A stretch of 53,816 bases of DNA. It comes from a virus (Duplodnaviria > Caudoviricetes). Shown here in pieces: positions 17,338 through 26,007 of the stretch; position 1 is the stretch's first letter, and every line of letters starts with the position of its first letter. Both the position numbers and the translations under genes were made by a program. The notes beneath the pieces were generated by a model. That model was not told where the DNA came from. It worked only from the letters and a program-made list of their open reading frames with translations, and did no database searches. Where the stretch lies: IMG/VR virus record IMGVR_UViG_3300037423_002159, positions 1 through 53,816 of that record; one strand, given 5' to 3'.

Positions 17338-17442
17338 GTGACGAGGCGCCGACTCACCCCGGCGCACCGTGACGCCCTGCCGATCTTCCTGCTGTGGCTA
17401 GCGATCCTCACTGTCTGCTTGCTCGTGGCGGTGGCATCCTAG
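17338..17442 (+). CDS. Putative 34-aa membrane micropeptide
   Basis: GTG start; ALPIFLLWLAILTVCLLVAVAS. Confidence 0.45.
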   Translation: MTRRRLTPAHRDALPIFLLWLAILTVCLLVAVAS

Positions 17443-17446
17443 GCAT

Positions 17447-17704
17447 ATGCCCTGTTCCCCCGGAATGCGGGGGTGTGTCGCAACATGCGCGCATCGTCGC
17501 TTCGTCCGCGATTACCAGGCGGAACGGTGGCGGCAGGAAATCGAACGAGACGCCGCCACCGGTGGCTATGCGACGGAGCTGTCCGAGCACCCCCCGATCA
17601 TCACGTTCAAGAAATGGCTCACCGACCACGCCAGTGACTTGTCAGTGGCTCCCGCTACGGTCGAGCCCACCCCCGACGACTGGATGCCGCCCCCCGGCTT
17701 CTGA
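17447..17704 (+). CDS. Hypothetical protein (GYATE...PPIITFKKWL)
   Basis: Fills the gap before the exonuclease. Confidence 0.65.
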   Translation: MPCSPGMRGCVATCAHRRFVRDYQAERWRQEIERDAATGGYATELSEHPPIITFKKWLTDHASDLSVAPATVEPTPDDWMPPPGF

Positions 17705-17721
17705 GACAGGAGACCCCACCC

Positions 17722-18777
17722 ATGACCGACCCGATGAGCGACGTCGACCTCTTCTTCGAGCTGGACTACCAGAAGGAGGAGATCCCCGAGCGCGTCGAGC
17801 GCGACCAGTGGGGCCGGCCACTCATCCTTCAGCCCGACGGCAGCAAGGTCGCCTACACCCGGGCCTCCACGCTCGCCGGCTACCTCGAGAACAAGAAGGG
17901 CCTGCACACCTGGGACATGCGCCGGGTCGCCCTCGGTGTCGGCCTCGACGAGGATCTGGCCGCCATGGCCGCCTCGGTGCAGCCGCTGACCGGCGACAAG
18001 CGCAAGGACGCCAACAGCAACGAGACCCTCGACGAGGTGATCGAGCGGGCCCGTGATCGCGCCGGCGAGCATGCCGGGCGCGACTGGGGTACGGCCGTCC
18101 ACGGCTTCACCGAGCCCGGCCAGGAGGGCAACCCCTACGTGCCCAAGCGCATGCAGGACGACGTCAACAGCTACTGGTCGATGATGAACCGGGCCAACAT
18201 CCGGTGCGTCGCCTCCGAGGTGTTCGTCGTCTGCGACCAGCTCCGGGTGGCCGGGTCGTTCGACGACCTCTACTACTCCTACGCCTTCGGGCTCACGCTC
18301 GGGGACAAGAAGACCGGCAAGGCGAGGATCCACAGCCACCTGATCCAGCTCGCGGTCTACGCCAACAGCGAGGTCTACGACATCGACACCGGCGAGCGGC
18401 GGCCGCTACAGAGCCTCGTCGCCGACCCGGCACTGGCGAAGTACCCGATCAACCCGAAGGTCGCGTTCTGGGTCCACATCGCCAAGGGTGAGGGCACGAC
18501 GCGGTTCGTCGGGCTCAACCTCGAGCGCGGCTGGGAGGCCGCCCAGATCGCCGCGGCGGCCCGGGACTACCAGAGCCAGCGCGAGGGCCTGGTCTTCGAT
18601 GCCGACGTCGACCTCGTGCGCGGCGGCGACACCGAGCGCGCGTGGGAGCTCATCGCCGGCGCGTCGTCCCTCGACGAGCTGACCACCATCGCGATCCAGT
18701 ACCAGCACGTCTGGACCGACCAGATGACGCGGGCCGGTCAGCGCCTCATCGCCTCATGGAGCGAGTCGGTCGCGTGA
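17722..18777 (+). CDS. PD-(D/E)XK exonuclease (Cas4/RecE-like)
   Basis: YTRAST, GTAVH, SEVFVV, AGSFD, GDKKTG, QLAVYA. Confidence 0.9.
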   Translation: MTDPMSDVDLFFELDYQKEEIPERVERDQWGRPLILQPDGSKVAYTRASTLAGYLENKKGLHTWDMRRVALGVGLDEDLAAMAASVQPLTGDKRKDANSNETLDEVIERARDRAGEHAGRDWGTAVHGFTEPGQEGNPYVPKRMQDDVNSYWSMMNRANIRCVASEVFVVCDQLRVAGSFDDLYYSYAFGLTLGDKKTGKARIHSHLIQLAVYANSEVYDIDTGERRPLQSLVADPALAKYPINPKVAFWVHIAKGEGTTRFVGLNLERGWEAAQIAAAARDYQSQREGLVFDADVDLVRGGDTERAWELIAGASSLDELTTIAIQYQHVWTDQMTRAGQRLIASWSESVA

Positions 18778-18974
18778 CCGAAACGCCCCTGATGTCGGTG
18801 GTCGCTGCGAGCGTGAAGGCAGGCGACCGGGTCTGGTTCATGGGCCAGCTCCGGGGGGTGACCCGGGTCGAGCACGCCACACCGGTGGATGGCACGATCA
18901 CCTGGACCATCGAGGACTGGGGCACCCCCGTGCAGGTCAGCGCCATCAAGCGTGTCTCACTCGCCCGTGGTTGA
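18774..18974 (+). CDS. Small hypothetical beta-barrel protein
   Basis: GTGA overlap; ASVKAGDRV. Confidence 0.6.
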   Translation: MTETPLMSVVAASVKAGDRVWFMGQLRGVTRVEHATPVDGTITWTIEDWGTPVQVSAIKRVSLARG

Positions 18975-18999
18975 CACATCACTGTTCCGTCACTAAGTT
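18971..18999 (+). promoter_or_regulatory. Sigma-A promoter P5 with two TCACT boxes
   Basis: TTGACA-N17-TAAGTT; ATCACT 18978, GTCACT 18989. Confidence 0.85.
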
Positions 19000-19044
19000 A
19001 AGAGTCCTGATATCGACCCCGATGTCCGGAGAAAGCGAGAAAAC

Positions 19045-20184
19045 ATGACCCAGCAGCCGTGGGGCGGACAGCCCGCCCAGCAGTACCCGCCGCAGCAGGC
19101 GCAGCCGCAGGGATGGCAGCAGCCCGCGCAGCCCCAGTCCTGGCCCGCGCAGCAGCCGACGCCGGCGCAGAACCCGTGGGGTGGAGCGCCGCAGCAGCAG
19201 GCCCCCGCCCAGGAGGCCGGCCCGGCCATCGAGCACGGTGAGGCGTTCGACGACTTCTTCTCCGGTTCCGGTGAGAAGATCCCCGGCTTCGACTTCGGCG
19301 CCACGCAGAACGGCGGCGAGAAGGTCGTCGGCTCCTCGATCGTCGGCGAGATCCTCGAGATGGCCAAGATGGCCCAGCGCGACTACGCGGACAACGGCAA
19401 GATCCTCTACTGGGAGCCCCGCAACGAGACCGAGCAGCGCCGCCCGCGCATGCAGCTCGCGATCACGCTGCAGACCGACCTGCGCAACTGGCAGGGCGTC
19501 AAGCCCAAGTTGATCCCCGTCGACCCGGCCACCCAGCAGCCGAAGCCGCCCACGGCCGACGACGGCAAGCGCCGGATCTACGTCAAGGAGTTCTCCGACC
19601 TGAACCGCGCCATCAACCAGGCGTGCGCGACGGCCGGCCAGAAGCCGCGTATCGGTGGCAAGCTCGCCGTCATCGTCCGCGGGTTCGAGCCCACGCAGAA
19701 GGGCAACGACAAGGTGCTGTACGACGCGCAGTACCTGCCCGCGCCCGAGAAGGTGGCCACGGACGGCTTCTTCACGCAGCAGGCCCCGCCCGCCGCGCCG
19801 CCGCAGCAGGCGTTCACGGCGCCCGTGGTGTCGACGGCGACGGGGCAGCCCGTCGTCCACCAGCAGCAGGTTCCGGCCCCGCAGGACGGACAGGTCTACG
19901 CGGCCAACCCCTACGCCGGCGTTCCGGCGCAGCCCAACGGCGCTCCGGAGGGCTGGCAGCCGCAGCAGGCCCCGCAGGACGCCCCGGCGGCCGCCGTCGC
20001 CTCGTGGCAGCAGCAGGCCCCGCAGGCGCCGCAGGGTGGGCCCGTCCCGGGCACGTTCCCGGCCCAGGCCGGTCAGGCCGCGCCGCCGGCCGGGCCGCCC
20101 GAGTGGGCCCAGCCGCAGGGACAGGGCTACGCACCCCCGCAGCAGACGCAGGCCGCGCCGCAGTACGACGCGCCGCCCTACTGA
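19045..20184 (+). CDS. Probable ssDNA-binding protein (actinophage type) with P/Q/A-rich ends
   Basis: QRDY..G..LYW...PRMQL.ITLQT...DDGKRRIYVK core; C-terminal DAPPY; next to the exonuclease. Confidence 0.7.
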   Translation: MTQQPWGGQPAQQYPPQQAQPQGWQQPAQPQSWPAQQPTPAQNPWGGAPQQQAPAQEAGPAIEHGEAFDDFFSGSGEKIPGFDFGATQNGGEKVVGSSIVGEILEMAKMAQRDYADNGKILYWEPRNETEQRRPRMQLAITLQTDLRNWQGVKPKLIPVDPATQQPKPPTADDGKRRIYVKEFSDLNRAINQACATAGQKPRIGGKLAVIVRGFEPTQKGNDKVLYDAQYLPAPEKVATDGFFTQQAPPAAPPQQAFTAPVVSTATGQPVVHQQQVPAPQDGQVYAANPYAGVPAQPNGAPEGWQPQQAPQDAPAAAVASWQQQAPQAPQGGPVPGTFPAQAGQAAPPAGPPEWAQPQGQGYAPPQQTQAAPQYDAPPY

Positions 20185-20203
20185 TCAACCCCGTGAGCGC
20201 CGT

Positions 20204-20233
20204 GGCGGCGGGTGAGGACTCCTCCCCGCCGCC
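20204..20233 (+). terminator. Hairpin after the SSB-like gene
   Basis: GGCGGCGGG...CCCGCCGCC stem. Confidence 0.55.
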
Positions 20234-20278
20234 CCGGGCCCGCATCGACCACCTTCACCAGTAGAAAGCGAGCACCAC

Positions 20279-20911
20279 ATGACCATCGACTTCACCGCCG
20301 ACCCGCGCGACCTGTTCAAGGACGCCGCCCGGGCCCACATCCTCACCGGCCGCGCCCTCGACGCCGCCAAGGCGAAGATCTCGGCCGAGGAGGCCGCCTT
20401 CGAGAACGCGAACGCCGGGCTCAACTGGGTCGCCAGCCACCCCGGTCTCGCCGACGTCGACAAGAGCGTCCTCTACCAGGAGGCGCTCGACGAGCTCAAT
20501 GCTGGACAGGGCTCGCCCGAGGCGCCCGGCACGATCAAGCAGGCCGCGCCTGAGGAGCCCGCGGAGAAGCCGAAGCGCAAGCGCCGCACGAAGGCCGAGA
20601 TGGAGGCCGCTCGGGCCGCCGAGGTCGCCGAGAAGGCCGCCGAGCCGGCGGGTTCAGCGGGCCCGTCTGAGACCGCCGAGGAGGCCGTCCCGACGATGGC
20701 CCAGCCCGTCGAGGTGGGCGCCCCGGTCGGCACGCCCGAGCCCGCTGCAGCCCCCGCGGCCGCCGTGTCCGACCCGTTCGGTGGCGCGCCCCAGGCGGCG
20801 TTCGACCCGTTCGGCCAGCAGGCCCCACCCGCGGCCGCGGCTGACCCGTTCGCGGGCGCTGGCGCACCGGCTCCGGCCGCGGGTGGCTTCAACCCGTTCG
20901 GCACCAACTGA
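20279..20911 (+). CDS. Hypothetical protein with KRKRRTKAEME motif and DPF repeats
   Basis: Basic motif plus an A/P-rich tail with DPFG/DPFA/NPFG. Confidence 0.8.
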   Translation: MTIDFTADPRDLFKDAARAHILTGRALDAAKAKISAEEAAFENANAGLNWVASHPGLADVDKSVLYQEALDELNAGQGSPEAPGTIKQAAPEEPAEKPKRKRRTKAEMEAARAAEVAEKAAEPAGSAGPSETAEEAVPTMAQPVEVGAPVGTPEPAAAPAAAVSDPFGGAPQAAFDPFGQQAPPAAAADPFAGAGAPAPAAGGFNPFGTN

Positions 20912-20923
20912 GCCTGCCCGACC

Positions 20924-20956
20924 GCGCCCCCTGCTTCCCTGCGAGGCAGGGGGCGC
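20924..20956 (+). terminator. Hairpin terminator
   Basis: GCGCCCCCTGC/GCAGGGGGCGC stem. Confidence 0.7.
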
Positions 20957-20985
20957 TCGGCTATCACGAGGAGATGGAGCGACCA

Positions 20986-21444
20986 ATGAGCAAGAACGAA
21001 CTGGCCGACCTGCGGGCCGAGGTCGAGCGACTGCGGGCCGAGGATGCGAAGTGGCAGGACGCCTACATGCGTCTCGACACGGCGCACACAAGGGCACTGG
21101 ATCGCGCCGAGGCTGCCGAGCGTGCGCTGGCCGACGAGCGGGCCAAGGTGGCGCGAGTCGAGGCGCTGCCGGACGAGTGGCTCGGATCGGTCGGGGTCAT
21201 CAACGCGATCTTCGAGGCCCTGAGCGAGCACATCACTGTCCCCGAACCTGGTAGCGCCGACGTTCGTCCCTACGTGTGGTGCGCGTGCGGGTGGCGCGTC
21301 GACGCGCTGGGCGGCGACCCCGGACCCGCCGCCATCATTCACGTATCGAATGCGATCCATGAGGCTGTAGCGCCTGCGATTCGCGAGGGGCTGCGAACCC
21401 GAGTCCGCGCCGCGCTGGCCGGTCCCGAGCCCGACGAAGGCTGA
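20986..21444 (+). CDS. Hypothetical coiled-coil protein
   Basis: GGAG RBS; N-terminal heptads. Confidence 0.65.
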   Translation: MSKNELADLRAEVERLRAEDAKWQDAYMRLDTAHTRALDRAEAAERALADERAKVARVEALPDEWLGSVGVINAIFEALSEHITVPEPGSADVRPYVWCACGWRVDALGGDPGPAAIIHVSNAIHEAVAPAIREGLRTRVRAALAGPEPDEG

Positions 21445-22373
21445 TGCTTCCACTACTCCCGCGCGGGATCCCCATCAGCGAGCTCGGCCTGCCGCCGCGC
21501 CTGCTCGAGAAGGTCTGCGCTGACGACGTCATCAAAGACACGTTCGACCTGCGATGCCTGCACCCCGACGCGCTGCGTCTGGAGTGGCGCCTCACGGTCG
21601 ACCAGCTCGAGCGCATCAACCGGGCGCTCGAGGAGAGGGGGATCCAGCCCATGACCCTGCCCACCGGCAGCAAGCCTCGCGAGGCCCGCGCGAAGCCGGG
21701 CTGCACCGAGAAGGGCTACCTGCCCGACACGCCGTGCCCGTGGCCACGGATGAAGGGCAAGCGCAAGTGCGGCTGGCACGTCCTGGCCGGCATGCCCATC
21801 GAGAAGCAGATCTTCATCGCCGACCGCCGCGGCGAGGCCAACCGGCGCCAGCCGGGGCACGTCGAACGCGTCCGGGTGCCCGCCGACGAGTGGCCGGCCG
21901 GGACGCGGTGGTGCTCGGAGTGCCAGGGCTTCATCCCGCTCGAGTACGTCACGTCGACCAAGTGCAAGGCCCACGCGTCCCGGGCCGCGCACGCCTCGCG
22001 CCTCAAGGCCGTCTACGACATCACCCGCGAGGAGTACGAACAGCTCCTCGCCTTCCAGGGCGGCCGCTGCTACGTCTGTCGCCAGCTCCCGCAGAGCAAG
22101 CGCCTCGCCGTCGACCACGACCACCGCACGGGCGCCGTGCGCGGCCTGCTGTGCGCCAACGACGAATGGGGCTGCAACGTGTCCCTGCGGCGCCTGCTCA
22201 ACAGCCTCGACATGGCCCAGCGGGCCCTGGAGTACGTCACCCTGTCGCCGTTCGACCGGATGCGGCTGCAGATGAACGACGGCCAGCCCGAAGACCCGGA
22301 GCCGACCACCCCGGCGGCCGCGCCGGAGCACCTCACCGGCTGGGATCCGTTCGGCCAGCGGAGCGCGTCATGA
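21444..22373 (+). CDS. Endonuclease VII-family nuclease with an N-terminal RNAP alpha-CTD-like domain
   Basis: YDITREEYEQLLAFQGGRCYVC...LAVDHDHRTGAVRGLLC...CN. Confidence 0.9.
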   Translation: MLPLLPRGIPISELGLPPRLLEKVCADDVIKDTFDLRCLHPDALRLEWRLTVDQLERINRALEERGIQPMTLPTGSKPREARAKPGCTEKGYLPDTPCPWPRMKGKRKCGWHVLAGMPIEKQIFIADRRGEANRRQPGHVERVRVPADEWPAGTRWCSECQGFIPLEYVTSTKCKAHASRAAHASRLKAVYDITREEYEQLLAFQGGRCYVCRQLPQSKRLAVDHDHRTGAVRGLLCANDEWGCNVSLRRLLNSLDMAQRALEYVTLSPFDRMRLQMNDGQPEDPEPTTPAAAPEHLTGWDPFGQRSAS

Positions 22374-22585
22374 GGGCGCTCGAGGACTACACGCGCGAGC
22401 GCTGCGCCAGCTCCGGCAAGCTCAAGTACCGCGACGAGCAGGACGCCCGGGCCGCGCTCGTCGGCTGCATCATGCGCCGACAGGCCGGCGACAGGAAGCG
22501 CCGCGAGACTGACGTCTACGAGTGCCGGGCTTGCGGGCGCTGGCACCTGACGTCGATGGTCCAGCCGCGACGCCGCGAGGCATAG
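22370..22585 (+). CDS. Small phage zinc-finger-like protein
   Basis: C..GK..Y...A...YECRACGRWHLTS. Confidence 0.75.
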   Translation: MRALEDYTRERCASSGKLKYRDEQDARAALVGCIMRRQAGDRKRRETDVYECRACGRWHLTSMVQPRRREA

Positions 22586-22586
22586 C

Positions 22587-22621
22587 AGAAGGCCCCGCCC
22601 GATTCATGGGCGGGGCCTTCT
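22587..22621. terminator. Bidirectional terminator where the two arms meet
   Basis: 14-bp stem AGAAGGCCCCGCCC/GGGCGGGGCCTTCT. Confidence 0.9.
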
Positions 22622-22635
22622 TCGCTTGGTAAAGG

Positions 22636-22872
22636 TTACCGCGAAACCTTTACTTCCTCGGTGGCGCCGCCCTCGAGCGGCGTCCGGTAGCCCTTGAACC
22701 GCTCCTGCTTCGCCTGGGCGATGGTCAGGTAGCCGGTCGCGGCGGTCTGGCCGTCGGCGAGGATCCCCACGAAGTCGGCCGAGCGCACGCACTCGACGAG
22801 GTCGGCCTCGACGTCGGCCTGCGTCAGGAGCACATCGTTCTCGTCGCGGATCTCGACGTGCCAGCCGGCCAT
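22636..22872 (-). CDS. Hypothetical protein
   Basis: TGATG coupling. Confidence 0.7.
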   Translation of the reverse strand: MAGWHVEIRDENDVLLTQADVEADLVECVRSADFVGILADGQTAATGYLTIAQAKQERFKGYRTPLEGGATEEVKVSR

Positions 22873-23282
22873 CAGAACTCGCCGGAGATCTCGGGCGCCG
22901 TCGGCGTGTCGGACGGGCCGCCCTGGGTGATGACAACGTCGCTGGGCTTCGGCGTGTCGTCGGCTGGAGTGACCACCGGGGCGACGAGGGTGCCGTCCTT
23001 GAGTTCAGAGGCGGGGCCGGCGACCGTCTGGCCGTCCTGGTTGACGTAGACCACGGCATCCGACGCGGGGACGACGAGGCCCTTGACGATCTGGTCCTTG
23101 GCGACCGCCAGCGCGCCGATGACGGCGCTGACGATGCCGAGCACCAGGACGATGGTCGAGTTGTCGGCGAAGAGCGCCGTCAGCGTGCCGACGAGGCTCG
23201 TGAGGGCCGCGATGACGGCGCCGTAGATGACGACCGGCTGCGGCTTCGTGTAGGGCGTCGTGGCGCCGGTGGTCTGGGTCAT
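22872..23282 (-). CDS. Probable holin (2 TM)
   Basis: GAGGAG RBS; PVVIYGAVIAAL... and IVLVLGIVSAVIGALAV; lies in the lysis module. Confidence 0.65.
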   Translation of the reverse strand: MTQTTGATTPYTKPQPVVIYGAVIAALTSLVGTLTALFADNSTIVLVLGIVSAVIGALAVAKDQIVKGLVVPASDAVVYVNQDGQTVAGPASELKDGTLVAPVVTPADDTPKPSDVVITQGGPSDTPTAPEISGEF

Positions 23283-23328
23283 GCGGCTCTCCTCGAGCGG
23301 TTCGGGCATATGGGTGAACATCCACATG

Positions 23329-23697
23329 TTACTCACCATCCGGTGGATACAGGGCGGGCGCCGGGTCATGGATGCCCTGCTCGGCGAGTCGGGCCTCCTG
23401 CCTGCGGACCCACGCCATCATGCGGTCGGCGCGCTCCCACCACCCCCGCACCTTCGCCGCCAGGCGCTCGGCGCGCGACTCGGCCGCCAGGAGGCGCTCG
23501 TCGGCCTCGCGCATGTTCCTGCGGAGCCGGTCGTTGTCGCTCGTGAGGTTCTCGATCTGGGTGTCGGCGCTCTGGATGGCGATGTTGCCGGCGTTCGCCT
23601 TCTGCACCCGCTGCCCAGCGACGGCACCGATGATCGCGGCGATGATGGTGGCGAAGCCACCCGTGGCTACGAGCTGGACCACACCGTTGCCGTCCAC
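23329..23697 (-). CDS. Lysis-module membrane protein (TM plus coiled coil)
   Basis: GGAGG RBS before GTG; hydrophobic N-terminus, then heptads. Confidence 0.75.
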   Translation of the reverse strand: MDGNGVVQLVATGGFATIIAAIIGAVAGQRVQKANAGNIAIQSADTQIENLTSDNDRLRRNMREADERLLAAESRAERLAAKVRGWWERADRMMAWVRRQEARLAEQGIHDPAPALYPPDGE

Positions 23698-23711
23698 CGC
23701 CCGGGCCTCCG

Positions 23712-24170
23712 TCAGGTCGTCTGTGCCCTTGCGTGCTCTCGGATGCCCAACAGGATGTCGATCCACCTGTAGATGCAGGCCGCGCCGAACGCGAGGGTCG
23801 TGCCAGCCGAGAAGGCACCAGACCACCCGGCAGCAGCCATGAGGGCTACCGAGTACAGAATAGCCGCAGCCCCCATCGAAGCCGCTCCAACCTGCTCAAA
23901 AGCGACACCCTTCGTGAATGTCGCAACCCGGGTCGTGCTCTGCAGCACGAGGCCGATGAGGAACGCGCCGCCGCCGCCGAAGAGCGACACGCCCCAGACC
24001 CGGACCTGCAGCTGGTCGAGCCGTGCCTCGATCGGGTTCGGGGCCTTGGCCCCGAGGATGACCGTGAGGCCGTAGAGGGCCACGAAGGCCAGAAAGAAGA
24101 GGACGATGGGGTGCCGCGAGCTGGGCTCGGGGCGGTAGACCGTCACTTCGCCGTGCTGTTCGCTCGCCAT
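23712..24170 (-). CDS. Membrane protein (about 4 TM)
   Basis: GGAG RBS; four hydrophobic segments. Confidence 0.8.
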   Translation of the reverse strand: MASEQHGEVTVYRPEPSSRHPIVLFFLAFVALYGLTVILGAKAPNPIEARLDQLQVRVWGVSLFGGGGAFLIGLVLQSTTRVATFTKGVAFEQVGAASMGAAAILYSVALMAAAGWSGAFSAGTTLAFGAACIYRWIDILLGIREHARAQTT

Positions 24171-24628
24171 GTCGCTCCGTAGGTTCCACTGATGATGAGG
24201 CAGATGCTCGATGCTGCCGAGTAGATCCAGAACGCCGTGGAGTTCGCGCTCGGATACTGAAGCTGGGCCGCGAGGAAGGCGCTCGCGAAGAGCAGGCACC
24301 ATGCCCCGGCGAGGAGCATCCCAGCCGCGACCACGATGGCCCGGCCGAGGAGGATGCCGGCCAGCGTGATCAGCCCGGCCAGCAGGATGGTGGCGCCCCA
24401 CGTCGCCGGCGCTCCCGGCAGTCGCAGCGCCACGGCGAAGGTGACGGCGCCGAAGCGCTCCGGCCCGCTGACGAGGATGGCCACACCGAGAGCGCTGGCG
24501 AAGAGCGCGAGCGAGGCCACGATCACGCGCACTGCCCACTGCGCCAGGTGAGGGTCGACCACCAGCTCCGTGCTCCGTGGGCGCTGCATCTCTGGCTCCT
24601 GCTGCGGGGATGGTGTCCGGTTTACCAT
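24143..24628 (-). CDS. Membrane protein (about 4 TM)
   Basis: Four hydrophobic segments; start may instead be the ATG at 24589 (AGGAG RBS). Confidence 0.75.
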   Translation of the reverse strand: MVNRTPSPQQEPEMQRPRSTELVVDPHLAQWAVRVIVASLALFASALGVAILVSGPERFGAVTFAVALRLPGAPATWGATILLAGLITLAGILLGRAIVVAAGMLLAGAWCLLFASAFLAAQLQYPSANSTAFWIYSAASSICLIISGTYGATWRANSTAK

Positions 24629-24632
24629 CTCT

Positions 24633-24839
24633 TTACCTGTCTCTCGCCACTGTACCGCGCCGACCTTGTGCCGATATGAGTACGCCGCCCTGTATCAACG
24701 AGGGCCGTTCCGCCACGTCACGCGGCCTGGTGAGGCGAAGACCGAGGGCCAGCCCCGACACCCCGCCGAGGGCCCCGCCGACAGCGAGTGAGCCGTACCA
24801 GAGGATGCGACTCAGGCTCGCCGCCCGCAGGGCCGGCAT
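24633..24839 (-). CDS. Possible small membrane protein
   Basis: ATG 3 nt after the endolysin stop; one Gly-rich hydrophobic segment; weak codon bias. Confidence 0.35.
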   Translation of the reverse strand: MPALRAASLSRILWYGSLAVGGALGGVSGLALGLRLTRPRDVAERPSLIQGGVLISAQGRRGTVARDR

Positions 24840-24842
24840 CGT

Positions 24843-25898
24843 TCAGGCCGTCGGGTCCGTGCCGGCCGTGCCGGCCAGCATCGCCTGGAGCTGGGAGACC
24901 TTGTCCTCGAGCGCCTCGACGTCGGCCGCCGTGATGACCGACAGGGGCACGTTCGGCGCCCAGTCGGCCCCGTAGTGCTTCGTGTCGTCGGGGTAGAACT
25001 TGGCCCGGTAGACGATGTCCGCGCCGGGGGTGGAGATGACGCTGGCGCGGCCGTTGCTGACCCGCTTGTCGCCACCGAACGCTGACCAGGTGTTCTTGCC
25101 CGGGTAGGACCACTCGAACCGGAACGTGCCCGGCACGACCGGGCTGACGGCCGCGGTGACGGTGACCTTGGCGCCGGCGAGGATCCGCTTGGTCGACAGC
25201 GTAACCGTGCAGGTCGTCGGCTTGAGGGTGGGCAGCACCGGCCCGGCCGGCACCGGCGTCGTCGTGCCCGAGGAGGCCTTGGCGGGCCCGGCCTGCAGGA
25301 GTGCGTCGACCTCCTTGCGGAACGGGCCCATGGTGATGGCCTGGGGGTCGCTGCGCGTCGTGGTGCACTCGCGGTGGCCGACCACCGATCCGCCGGTGCC
25401 GCCGAGCATCTCGGCCATGGCGGCCGCGAGCCGGACGCAGGTCGCGCGCTGCTTGGCGGTGGGGCCCTTGGCGCCGTAGGTCATCTCGACGCCGATGTAG
25501 CGCGGGCCGCCCTTGACGCCGGTCGAGCTGTCCGGCCGGACGTCCCGGTCACGGGGCATGGCGTCCTTGACGACGAGGGCGTGGGTGTCGACGTCGACCG
25601 TGCCGGTGTGGTTTGCCGTGCCCCAGCCGATGATCCAGAGCTGGCCGTCGTCAGTGATGGCGAACTGGCTCAGCGGGCCCGGCAGGTTGCGCGCGGCGTC
25701 GCCCTTGTAGAGGTAGGCCAGCGAGCTCTCGTCACTGATGTCCGAGGCGAAGTTGTGGACCACGAAGCCGTAGAGCGGACCCCAGCCCTGCACGTCGGTG
25801 CGATTGTGGGTCTCCCAGTCGGCCTTGTAGAACTTCGGGGTGAGGCCCCAGCGCTTGAGCGCCGCGAGCATGATGGCCGACGTGATGGAGGTCGACAT
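24843..25898 (-). CDS. Endolysin, N-acetylmuramoyl-L-alanine amidase (Amidase_2), with an Ig-like C-terminal region
   Basis: GFVVHN, LPGPL, ANHTG, IGVE, VVGHRE...R.DP. Confidence 0.9.
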   Translation of the reverse strand: MSTSITSAIMLAALKRWGLTPKFYKADWETHNRTDVQGWGPLYGFVVHNFASDISDESSLAYLYKGDAARNLPGPLSQFAITDDGQLWIIGWGTANHTGTVDVDTHALVVKDAMPRDRDVRPDSSTGVKGGPRYIGVEMTYGAKGPTAKQRATCVRLAAAMAEMLGGTGGSVVGHRECTTTRSDPQAITMGPFRKEVDALLQAGPAKASSGTTTPVPAGPVLPTLKPTTCTVTLSTKRILAGAKVTVTAAVSPVVPGTFRFEWSYPGKNTWSAFGGDKRVSNGRASVISTPGADIVYRAKFYPDDTKHYGADWAPNVPLSVITAADVEALEDKVSQLQAMLAGTAGTDPTA

Positions 25899-25947
25899 GG
25901 TTTCTCCTCGTTGGGCAGGATGTGTCCCGTTCAGTGTAGAACGAGAA

Positions 25948-25982
25948 GAAAGCCCCGGCCGCGAGGTGCGGCCGGGGCTTTC
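25948..25982 (-). terminator. Terminator after the tailspike gene
   Basis: 15-bp stem ending in TTTCTTCT on the - strand. Confidence 0.85.
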
Positions 25983-26007
25983 CCACCCTGGAGGGGTGCG
26001 ATCAACG

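Noticed and set aside
17722-18777. CRISPR-Cas link from the Cas4-like nuclease
   Set aside because: No repeat-spacer array or other cas genes; such exonucleases are common phage recombination proteins
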